In this document: in pieces, positions 8,320 to 16,038 of the stretch | How positions within the stretch are numbered: position 1 is the stretch's first letter | Layout: each line of letters opens with the position of its first letter | Source: a virus | Taxonomy: Duplodnaviria; Caudoviricetes | Length of the DNA stretch: 53,138 nucleotides | Virus record (IMG/VR): IMGVR_UViG_3300036792_000197 | Span: 1-53,138 of that record | Reading direction: 5' to 3' (one strand) | The notes under the pieces: model-generated | The model's database searches: none | Told to the model about the DNA's origin: nothing | What the model saw: only the letters and a program-made list of their open reading frames with translations | Position numbers and translations under genes: made by a program

Positions 8320-9726
8320 ATGGCCACGCTGAAGGAAAAGTCCGAGGAGATGGCCCGCATCAAGGCCGAGCTCCAGCGGATGGAGACCTCCGAGGAGACC
8401 ACCGAGGAGAACGACGGCGACCTGCGCGACACCCTCATCGAGCGGTGGAAGCAGCTCGACGAGGAAACCAAGCCGATCATCGCGCGGATGGAGCAGATCC
8501 GCGCCATTACCCGCTCGTCGGCCGACCCGGCGAACCTTGAAGGCCCGGACGGCGGCAGCTCCGGGGGCTACTACGGCGGCGGCTCCCCGGATCTCGTGAT
8601 CCGCACGAACCGCAGCCCGTACGAGGACCTTGACGCGGTCAGGTCCAGGGTCGTGACCCGCGCCGACCTGCGCGCCCGGGCCCTGGACGCGGTGGAGCTG
8701 GAGGCCAGGCGCGGGAACCTGTCCCACGACTACGCCGAGGCCGCCACGGTCAAGGTGCAGGACAACCCGGGGATCGCCCGGCACCTGCTGCTGACCGGGT
8801 CGGAGGAGTACCAGGAGGCGTTCCGCGCCTACGTCGAGGACCCGCAGGGCATGGCCCAGCGCGCCGCGCTGTCGCTGACCCTGGCGAACGGCGGCTACCT
8901 GCTGCCGTTCGTACTCGACCCGACGATCGTGCTCACGAACACGGGCAGCGCGAACCCGTGGCGGCGCATCTCCAACGTGAAGCAGACCACGTCCAACACG
9001 TGGAACGGCGTCACGTCGGCGGGCGTCAACGCGGCCTGGCTCGCTGAGGGCACCGCCTCAACCGACGGCACCCCGACCGTCGGAAACATCCAGATCACGC
9101 CGGCGAAGGCCGCCGCCTGGGTGTTCGGCTCCTACGAAGTCCTCGAGGACACCGACTTCGGCCAGCAGCTCCCCATGCTGCTCGCCGACGCCAGGGACCG
9201 CCTGGAGGAGAACGCGTTCGCGATCGGCGCCGGCACCGGCGGCGTGCCGCAGGGCGTCATCACCGGCGCGACCACCGTCGTCACCACGGCGACCACCACC
9301 GTCGTCGCGGTCGGCGACGTGTACGGGCTCCAGGGCGCGCTGCCGCCCCGGTTCCGCAACGCGCCGGGCGCGGCCTGGGCGGCGAACGTGTCGATCATCA
9401 ACACGTTCCGGCAGCTCGACACCGCCGGCGGCGCGTCGTTCTGGACGAACCTCGGCAAGGGCGCCCCGGAGACACTGCTCGGCGCCCCGATCTACGAGTC
9501 CTCGTCGATGTCGGGCGCCAAGACGTCCGGGTCCCTTATGGCCGTTTTCGGCGATTTTGGGCAGTTCTACGTGATCGATCGCGTGGGAGTCAGCCTTATC
9601 TATGAGCCTTTGGTCAAGGACCAGTCCACGGCCCTACCGTCAGGGCAAGCTGGCTGGTTCATGTTCTGGCGCGTGGGCTCAAAAGTGGCCGTACCCAACG
9701 CATTTCGGGTCATGAAGGGCCTGTAA
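8320..9726 (+). CDS. Major capsid protein (HK97 fold, N-terminal delta domain)
   Basis: Coiled N-terminus; GGYLLP, GxGTGGVPQG, TLLGAPIYES, VFGDFGQFY, R.G..V..PNAF. Confidence 0.95.
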   Translation: MATLKEKSEEMARIKAELQRMETSEETTEENDGDLRDTLIERWKQLDEETKPIIARMEQIRAITRSSADPANLEGPDGGSSGGYYGGGSPDLVIRTNRSPYEDLDAVRSRVVTRADLRARALDAVELEARRGNLSHDYAEAATVKVQDNPGIARHLLLTGSEEYQEAFRAYVEDPQGMAQRAALSLTLANGGYLLPFVLDPTIVLTNTGSANPWRRISNVKQTTSNTWNGVTSAGVNAAWLAEGTASTDGTPTVGNIQITPAKAAAWVFGSYEVLEDTDFGQQLPMLLADARDRLEENAFAIGAGTGGVPQGVITGATTVVTTATTTVVAVGDVYGLQGALPPRFRNAPGAAWAANVSIINTFRQLDTAGGASFWTNLGKGAPETLLGAPIYESSSMSGAKTSGSLMAVFGDFGQFYVIDRVGVSLIYEPLVKDQSTALPSGQAGWFMFWRVGSKVAVPNAFRVMKGL

Positions 9727-9735
9727 AACCTGATA

Positions 9736-9779
9736 GCATCCTTTCTGGCGGACAGGAAATCTGCCGCCAGAAAGGATGC
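9736..9779 (+). promoter_or_regulatory. 16-bp perfect inverted repeat covering the RBS of the downstream HNH gene
   Basis: GCATCCTTTCTGGCGG / CCGCCAGAAAGGATGC; AGAAAGGA lies in the 3' arm, GTG at 9783. Confidence 0.8.
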
Positions 9780-9782
9780 CCA

Positions 9783-10319
9783 GTGAGACTGCAAGATCAG
9801 AAGTGCCTGGACTGCGACAAGCCGGTCGGCCCGAAGGGCAGCAAGGGCCGCTGCCTAGGCTGCAATCAGCGTCTTCGCCGTGCGGCAACCAAGGCGGCAC
9901 GGAAGCCCTGTACGCGACCTGGCTGTACCAGGTTCATCACGGCACCCAGCTCTCCGGTGTGCGACATGCACCGCAACCGCATGCGCCGCACCGGCGAGTA
10001 CGGGCCAGCGGACCAGCTCATCGCAACCGACGGCGAAGGGTCCATCGACCAGCACGGCTACCGCGTGCTCCGCTTCGGCGGCTACCCGAACCGCACAGAC
10101 ATCTACGAGCACCGCCTCGTGATGGAACAGCATCTCGGCCGTCCGCTGGAGGACTGGGAGCATGTCCACCACAAGAACGGCATGCGCGCGGACAACCGGC
10201 TTGAGAACCTCGAACTGTGGGCTCAGTGGCACCGTCAGCCGTTCGGCCAGCGCGTCGCTGACCTCGTGGCGTTCGTCGTGGGTCACTACCCGGATGAGGT
10301 CCGGGAGGCCCTGTCGTGA
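9783..10319 (+). CDS. Free-standing HNH homing-type endonuclease with N-terminal Zn fingers
   Basis: GYR..., YEHRLVME.HLGRPL...EHVHHKNGMRADNRLENLEL; CxxC and CxxxxC...CxxH. Confidence 0.9.
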   Translation: MRLQDQKCLDCDKPVGPKGSKGRCLGCNQRLRRAATKAARKPCTRPGCTRFITAPSSPVCDMHRNRMRRTGEYGPADQLIATDGEGSIDQHGYRVLRFGGYPNRTDIYEHRLVMEQHLGRPLEDWEHVHHKNGMRADNRLENLELWAQWHRQPFGQRVADLVAFVVGHYPDEVREALS

Positions 10320-10504
10320 GTGCTCTCAACGCGACTGAGCGCGAGGTCTGGCGCGTCTGGGGCCTGCTGTCGGATGACGAGCCGTCGCCGGTCAAGCGCA
10401 TCGCCCGCGCACTGAACATGACGCCGGCGGATGTGGCGTTCATCGTCTACCCGGCCGAGGAGTTCGGCCGGTGGGACGACAACCAGGAGCCTCCCCTCCG
10501 CTAG
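10316..10504 (+). CDS. Small hypothetical protein (possible HTH)
   Basis: GTGA overlap; PVKRIARALNMTPADV. Confidence 0.5.
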   Translation: MSALNATEREVWRVWGLLSDDEPSPVKRIARALNMTPADVAFIVYPAEEFGRWDDNQEPPLR

Positions 10505-10519
10505 AAAGGCGGTCTGACG

Positions 10520-10927
10520 GTGGCGAACAAATACGCATTGCAGCCCTTCGTGATCCAGCTGGCGTCGGGTGCGATGCACTTCGTCGACCAGGGCGCGATG
10601 CGGGACAGCGCGAGCGCGGTGGTGACGGCGGCGCCGTCGATGTTCACGTCGGCGGTCACGCTGGCGGCGACCACGGTCGCGGCGCCGAACCCGAACCCGG
10701 TCCCGGTGTCGGTGACGGTGTCGAGCGGCACGGTGACCGCGATCGCGGTCAACGGGGTGAGCACCGGGCAGACGTCAGGCACGTTCACGGTGCCCGGCTA
10801 CGGGTCGATCACCGTGACGTACAGCGTCGCCCCGACGCTGACGACGGCGGACATCCCGCCGACGGCGTCGGCCGTGATGAGCCCGCTGCTGGCGGGTTAC
10901 CTGGCCGCCTACCCGGTGGGCCCGTGA
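10520..10927 (+). CDS. Thr/Ser/Val-rich putative head decoration protein
   Basis: AGAAAGG RBS; beta-rich VSSGTVTAIAVNGVSTG...SITVTYSVAPT. Confidence 0.65.
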   Translation: MANKYALQPFVIQLASGAMHFVDQGAMRDSASAVVTAAPSMFTSAVTLAATTVAAPNPNPVPVSVTVSSGTVTAIAVNGVSTGQTSGTFTVPGYGSITVTYSVAPTLTTADIPPTASAVMSPLLAGYLAAYPVGP

Positions 10928-10941
10928 GGAGGAGAGGCGCG

Positions 10942-11178
10942 ATGGCGCAGCAGGCGCAGGACACGTTCGTGGCGTTGCTGGATGACGGCTCGGAGCGGCT
11001 GGTGGCGAAGGGCGAGGTGCTGCCCGATTCGCATGAGCTGGTGAAGCGCGACCAGAAGGGTTCCGGGACGCTGTTCCGGCCGCTGAACCTGGAGGGGGAC
11101 GACGCGCCCGCGAAGGCGCGTCCCACCGCCCAGGCTCCGGCTCCGAAGACGCCCCCGAAGGCGGCCGGCAATGGCTGA
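10942..11178 (+). CDS. Small capsid-adjacent structural protein
   Basis: GAGGAGAGG RBS; VAKGEVLPDSHELVK...LF motif typical of post-capsid genes. Confidence 0.7.
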   Translation: MAQQAQDTFVALLDDGSERLVAKGEVLPDSHELVKRDQKGSGTLFRPLNLEGDDAPAKARPTAQAPAPKTPPKAAGNG

Positions 11179-11425
11179 CACCTCGCCGGTCCAGTTCCCC
11201 GGTGACGCCGACGCGGGCGGCCGTGACACCGTCGCCGGTGACGTGGCCGGCGCGCAGGCGAACGCTGAGGCCCGCTACCGCGAGCACCAGTCCGACACCT
11301 ACGCGCAGGGCTCCACGATCGGCGACGTGCTGACACTGCCGCACTCGGACATGAACCCGGCGGTGGGCGTGCTGGACAATCCCCCGTTCGAGGGCCCGTT
11401 CTTCCCCGGTACGAACCAGGCGTGA
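11171..11425 (+). CDS. Acidic hypothetical protein
   Basis: Overlapping start; coding-like GC3. Confidence 0.6.
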   Translation: MADTSPVQFPGDADAGGRDTVAGDVAGAQANAEARYREHQSDTYAQGSTIGDVLTLPHSDMNPAVGVLDNPPFEGPFFPGTNQA

Positions 11426-11435
11426 GGAGCTAGTG

Positions 11436-11678
11436 ATGGCCGACATTCACGGAATCCCCGACGCGTCGATGATGACCCCGGAGCAGTCGTTCGACTCGGT
11501 TCCGCTGCCGGACCTGACGGGGTCGCACCCGTTGCAGGTGAACATCGCGGCGGGGATGGACGACGACGGGGACCACGGGACGGCGATGAACCTCCCGGCG
11601 GAGCTGACCGACGGCGACGGCACGTCGCTGGGCCTGAACCTGGCCTCGTCGCTGACGGACGACGGCAGCCCCGGTTGA
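11436..11678 (+). CDS. Very acidic hypothetical protein
   Basis: GAGGAG RBS; Asp-rich with no Lys or Arg. Confidence 0.6.
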   Translation: MADIHGIPDASMMTPEQSFDSVPLPDLTGSHPLQVNIAAGMDDDGDHGTAMNLPAELTDGDGTSLGLNLASSLTDDGSPG

Positions 11679-12325
11679 CCGGCAGCGCCGTCATCGGCTA
11701 CGTCCACCCCGGCACGGTGCGCGCCGAGTTCTGCGCGTCGCTGCTGGCGGTGTGCATGGAAGGGCAGACGCCGGTCACGCAGGTGCTGGCGGTCGGGTCG
11801 GGCCCGAACATCTCCACGGCGCGGAACGTCGTGTGCCGCCAGTTCCTCGAGCAGGACGCCGCGGACTGGCTGTTCATGTGCGATACCGACATGTGGTTCG
11901 GCCGGGACATGATCGACCGGCTGGTCGCCGCGGCGGACCCTGTGGAGCGGCCGGTGGTCGGGGCGCTGTGCTACTCGCAGAACACCGACAACGGCGGCGG
12001 TGAGCCCTACCCGACGATGTACGAGCTCACCGAGGGACCTGGCGGCGAGCTGCTGTTCATCCGGTACAAGCAGTGGCCGGAGGACGCGGTGGTGCAGGTC
12101 GCGGGGACGGGGGCGGCGTGCCTGCTGATTCACCGCACGGCGCTGGAGCGGGTGGAGAAGGCGGCCGGGGACCGGGCGGCGCCGTGGTTCCGCGAGTCGA
12201 CTAACGGGGCTGCGCTGATCGGGGAAGACCTGACGTTCTGCCTGCGCTGCGCGGCAGCCGGGATCCCGGTGCACGTGGCGACCGGCGTGGCCGCGGGCCA
12301 CATGAAAACGACGATGCTGATCTGA
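11675..12325 (+). CDS. GT-A fold (family 2-like) glycosyltransferase
   Basis: ARNVVCRQFL, WLFMCDTDM (DxD), GTGAACLLIHR, GEDLTFCLR, GHMK. Confidence 0.88.
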   Translation: MTGSAVIGYVHPGTVRAEFCASLLAVCMEGQTPVTQVLAVGSGPNISTARNVVCRQFLEQDAADWLFMCDTDMWFGRDMIDRLVAAADPVERPVVGALCYSQNTDNGGGEPYPTMYELTEGPGGELLFIRYKQWPEDAVVQVAGTGAACLLIHRTALERVEKAAGDRAAPWFRESTNGAALIGEDLTFCLRCAAAGIPVHVATGVAAGHMKTTMLI

Positions 12326-12341
12326 GAGGGCGGGTGGCAGG

Positions 12342-12971
12342 TTGCATCCTTCGGCGATGGCGTTTGCCTGCTCGGCGCTGACCGAGGCTGACGTGCGCGG
12401 GCAGCACGTGCTCGAGGCGGGAGCATTTGACGTCAACGGGTCGGTGCGCGGCCACGTGGAGGGCCTTGGCCCTGCGTCGTACATGGGCACGGACATGCGG
12501 CTCGGGCCCGGCGTTGACGTCCTGTGCACGGCCGAGGAACTTCCGTCCTTGTTCAACGTGGCAATGGTCGGCCCGACAAAAGGCGTGGTCATCTCGACGG
12601 AGATGCTGGAGCACGCGGCGGACTGGCAGGCGGCGATGCACGGCATGATCACCGCACTGCGGCCGGGCGGCGTCCTGGTGCTGACGACCCGGTCGGCGGG
12701 GTTCCCGGTGCACGGCTACCCCGATGACCACTGGCGGTTCCCGGTGGAGTCGATGCGGACGATCCTGGGCGCGGCCGGCCTGACCGTGGAGCGGTGCGAG
12801 CCGGACCCGGACCCGGCATCGCCGGGCGTGTTCGCGAAGGCCCGCAAGCCGGACGGCTGGACGTGGCCGTATGGCCTAGAGGACGCGTGGGCGGCGGTTC
12901 ACGTCGACCCGGTGAATATCAGCGGCTCCGGCGGCCTGACGCTGCCGGCGCCTCAACCTGTGAGCGGGTGA
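12342..12971 (+). CDS. Class I SAM-dependent methyltransferase
   Basis: VLEAGAFDVNGS, GTDMRLGPGVD, ISTEMLEH, LRPGG, HGYPDDHWRF. Confidence 0.88.
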   Translation: MHPSAMAFACSALTEADVRGQHVLEAGAFDVNGSVRGHVEGLGPASYMGTDMRLGPGVDVLCTAEELPSLFNVAMVGPTKGVVISTEMLEHAADWQAAMHGMITALRPGGVLVLTTRSAGFPVHGYPDDHWRFPVESMRTILGAAGLTVERCEPDPDPASPGVFAKARKPDGWTWPYGLEDAWAAVHVDPVNISGSGGLTLPAPQPVSG

Positions 12972-12975
12972 CGGG

Positions 12976-13401
12976 ATGACCGGCTACTTCAACACCGGCG
13001 CTGGCGGTGCCGTCCTGACGCAGCTGGACGCGCTGAAGGCGCTGCTCAACGGCGGCACGCTGAAGATCTACACCGACGCGTCGCCGAAGGATCCCGATGT
13101 GGCGTTCGCGGGGACGCTGCTCGCGACGTTCACGTTCTCGGCGACGGCGTTCGGCGCTGACTCGGTCACCGGCAGCTTCCCGAGCAAGAGCGCAACGGCG
13201 ACCGCGAGCTTCGCGGCCTCTACGGTGGCCGCGGCTGCCACTAACACCGCGGCGTCATTCGGGCTGTTCGACTCGTCGGGGAACCTGCGGGCGACCGGCA
13301 GCGTCGGCACCAGCGGCGCTGACCTCAACTTCAACTCGGTGGCGTTCAGCTCAGGCGCGAACATCACGATTTCCAGCTTCACGCTCAGCCTGCCCGAGTA
13401 A
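12976..13401 (+). CDS. Conserved virion structural protein (fibre/collar-associated)
   Basis: GGTLKIYT...TLLATFTF...GSVGTSGADLNFNS...ITISSFTLS, a widespread phage virion pattern. Confidence 0.7.
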   Translation: MTGYFNTGAGGAVLTQLDALKALLNGGTLKIYTDASPKDPDVAFAGTLLATFTFSATAFGADSVTGSFPSKSATATASFAASTVAAAATNTAASFGLFDSSGNLRATGSVGTSGADLNFNSVAFSSGANITISSFTLSLPE

Positions 13402-13430
13402 GCCGTGCCGCCCTGGCAGGGGGATGACAC

Positions 13431-14675
13431 GTGACCTTCGCCCCCGTCGGCTCGCCGATCAGCGCCTCCGCGTCGACGTTCTCGCTGACCCCGAACGGGG
13501 TCGGCAACATCATCGTCATCGTGGCCATCAGCCTCACCGGCGCGGACACCGTTACCGCGCTGTCGAGCAGCAACGTCACCTGGACGCAGGCGGTGGTCCC
13601 CCAGGTGGTCGGCGGCCCCGCCGCGACGGTCTTCCGCGGCAAGGTCACCAGCACCAGTACCGCGACGGTCACCGTGACCGTCAGCGCCGGGTCTCCCAGC
13701 CTCCGTATCCAGGGGCACGAGTACAGCACGACCGCCGGGTACTCCGCCGTCACGCTGGACACCAGCGGCACGATGAGCGGCACGACCGGCGGCGCGTACG
13801 CGTCACTGACCCCGGGTCACGGCGCCGGGGGGCTTTACTACGGCTACGCGTTCAACTCGGGCAGCGCGATCGCCGGGTCGACGAGCGGCTACAGCTACAA
13901 CGTCGACGGCAACGGCAACGGCGCGTGCTGGAACGCCGCCTGCACGTCCTCGGCGCAGCAGCCGACATGGGGCGACACCGGCGACAACGTCTACGGCGTC
14001 GCGGTCCTGCTCTACGAGGCGACGGGCGCCACCGGTTCAGGCGCCCTGGCGGCCAAGAAGGCCGTAACTGCCGGCGCCGGGTCGGAAACCTTCGCGGGCT
14101 CCGGGTCCGCGGCTCGCAGGAAGCCCGTCGCGGCCGGGACGGGCAGCGAGGCGTTCACCGGCAGCGGCTCGGCCTTGCGGCAGAAGCCGGCGGCCACGGG
14201 GACCGGCGTCCTCGGCGGCGCGGCCGGCGCGGGCGCCCTCGCCGCTAAGAAGCCAGCCGTAGCGGGCACCGGCGCGCAGGCGCTCGCCGGCGCGGGAACC
14301 CTGGCCGCCAAGAAGGTCACGGCCGCCGGCAGCGGGTCGGTTGCCGGGGTGGCCCCTACCGGCTCAGGCGGCATCACCCGCGCCAGGGCATCTGCAACTG
14401 GCAGCGGGTCGGAGACGTTCGCCGGCACAGGTTCAGTCGCCAGACGCAAGCCCGCGGTGGCCGGCGCGGGCGCTTACTCGGTAGCCGGGTCCGGCAGCGT
14501 CACCGCCAGTAAGGCGGCCCTGGCCGGCACGGGCACCGCGGGGACACCGCCGCCGTTCACCGTCGGCGTCCTGACCGCCTCGACGTACGCGCCGTCTGGC
14601 ACGTCCGCAACCGGATCCGGGATCAGCACCACGGCCACCAGTTCCGGCATCAACGCGTCATCGACCAGCCCGTGA
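13431..14675 (+). CDS. Ser/Thr/Gly/Ala-rich fibre-like structural protein with about 8 copies of a ~21-aa repeat
   Basis: N-terminal beta domain, then xGSGxxAxKKxxxAGxG repeats. Confidence 0.75.
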   Translation: MTFAPVGSPISASASTFSLTPNGVGNIIVIVAISLTGADTVTALSSSNVTWTQAVVPQVVGGPAATVFRGKVTSTSTATVTVTVSAGSPSLRIQGHEYSTTAGYSAVTLDTSGTMSGTTGGAYASLTPGHGAGGLYYGYAFNSGSAIAGSTSGYSYNVDGNGNGACWNAACTSSAQQPTWGDTGDNVYGVAVLLYEATGATGSGALAAKKAVTAGAGSETFAGSGSAARRKPVAAGTGSEAFTGSGSALRQKPAATGTGVLGGAAGAGALAAKKPAVAGTGAQALAGAGTLAAKKVTAAGSGSVAGVAPTGSGGITRARASATGSGSETFAGTGSVARRKPAVAGAGAYSVAGSGSVTASKAALAGTGTAGTPPPFTVGVLTASTYAPSGTSATGSGISTTATSSGINASSTSP

Positions 14676-14688
14676 GGAGGCGAGCAGC

Positions 14689-15555
14689 ATTAGGTATCCG
14701 GCAGGACAACCGATCCGCGTGAGTACCACTGTCCGCGGCCTCGATGGCACCCTCGCCACCCCGGCAAGCCTGACCCTGACCGTCCAGAAGCCGGACGGCA
14801 CCCAGGAGTCCTACTCCAGCCCGGCGCTCGACTCGACGGGCAACTACCACCAGGACGTCCCCGCCGCCGACCTGAGCCAGAACGGCCACTACCAGTACGC
14901 GTGGACCGCGGCCGGCACCGGCGCGGGCGTCTCCGCCGGCGACTTCGACGTGTACGACCCGTTCGAGGTCCGCGTCCTGAGCCTGCAGGATGCCAAGCAG
15001 ATGCTGAACATCCCCGCGGCGAGCACCAGCAGCGACGCCGAGATCGACTCGTGGATCGCGTCGATCGAGTCGGGCCTGGAGCGGTTCACCGGCGGCCCGG
15101 TGATCAGCCGGACGGTGACCGAGCGAACCGAGATGCAGGCTGGTCAGACGGTGATCCCGGTGCGGCAGCGGCCCCTGGTGTCGGTTGCCTCCATCACGAG
15201 CGCGTCCGGCGGGGCGATCGACATCAGCGCCGGGCTGGACCTCGACGTGAACGCGGGCCTGATCCGACGCAAGCTCGGGCTGCCGTTCTACGGCCCGTTC
15301 TTCATGTGGCTGCCGCAGGTCACCGTCACCTACACCGCCGGGTGGGGCACCGCGGTCCCCGCGGCGTTCAACTCGTTTGCGCGGATCGTCATTCAGCACC
15401 TGTGGGAAACGAAGCGCGGGCCGATCGCGATGCCGATGGCGGGGGAGATGCCGGTCGCGGTGCCCGGTTTCGGGTTCGCGATCCCGAACCGCGCGGCTGA
15501 GCTGCTCAACGGCTCACAAGATGGCGTGCCCTACGCGATGGAAGCGTACGTCTAG
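14689..15555 (+). CDS. Head-to-tail adaptor (gp6/gp15-like) with N-terminal Ig-like domain; probable ATT start
   Basis: LSLQDAKQMLNI...DAEIDSWI, VTVTYTAGWG..VP, HLWETKRG; GAGGAGG is 8 nt before ATT 14689 (first canonical start is GTG 14719). Confidence 0.8.
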   Translation: MRYPAGQPIRVSTTVRGLDGTLATPASLTLTVQKPDGTQESYSSPALDSTGNYHQDVPAADLSQNGHYQYAWTAAGTGAGVSAGDFDVYDPFEVRVLSLQDAKQMLNIPAASTSSDAEIDSWIASIESGLERFTGGPVISRTVTERTEMQAGQTVIPVRQRPLVSVASITSASGGAIDISAGLDLDVNAGLIRRKLGLPFYGPFFMWLPQVTVTYTAGWGTAVPAAFNSFARIVIQHLWETKRGPIAMPMAGEMPVAVPGFGFAIPNRAAELLNGSQDGVPYAMEAYV

Positions 15556-16034
15556 TGAGCTTCACCCGGTTCTCCGACGCGGTGACGGCGCTGCTCGCCG
15601 CCTACTCCGCGGCCCCGGCGCTGGCGGGGATCCCGGTCTACGACGGGATCGTGCCGCAGTCGTTCTCGGACCCGGTGTGCGTGATCGTCGGGCACGACGG
15701 CACGATCGAGGCGGACGGCACCCTCGTCCCGGACGCGCTCGCCGGGAACTACACGCAGCAGTGGATCGAGATGGGCGCCCGGCAGGAAACCGGCTATGTC
15801 AACTGCGTGCTCGTCTGCCAGTCCGGCGACACCGCGCTGAGCGCCCTGCGCGCCCAGGCGGCGCCGCTGCTCGATGCGCTTGAGGACGCCACGGACGCCA
15901 GCGGCGGCTACGCGGGCGGCCTCACCGACATGACGTTCGACGGCACCGCTAACGGCCGGTGGATCTACCGGCAGTCCGTCGCCGGGGCGGCCGTCCTGGT
16001 CGCCTACCGCGTCTCCTACTCGACGGGCTGGTGA
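15555..16034 (+). CDS. Tail terminator / head-tail joining protein
   Basis: VYDG...VIVGHDG...QETGYVNC..VCQSGD pattern; position. Confidence 0.7.
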   Translation: MSFTRFSDAVTALLAAYSAAPALAGIPVYDGIVPQSFSDPVCVIVGHDGTIEADGTLVPDALAGNYTQQWIEMGARQETGYVNCVLVCQSGDTALSALRAQAAPLLDALEDATDASGGYAGGLTDMTFDGTANGRWIYRQSVAGAAVLVAYRVSYSTGW

Positions 16035-16038
16035 GCTG

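Noticed and set aside
11675-12971. GT and MTase as a DNA hypermodification system
   Set aside because: No base-hydroxymethylase, kinase or DNA-MTase catalytic motifs; location among virion genes favours protein or glycan targets (not excluded experimentally)
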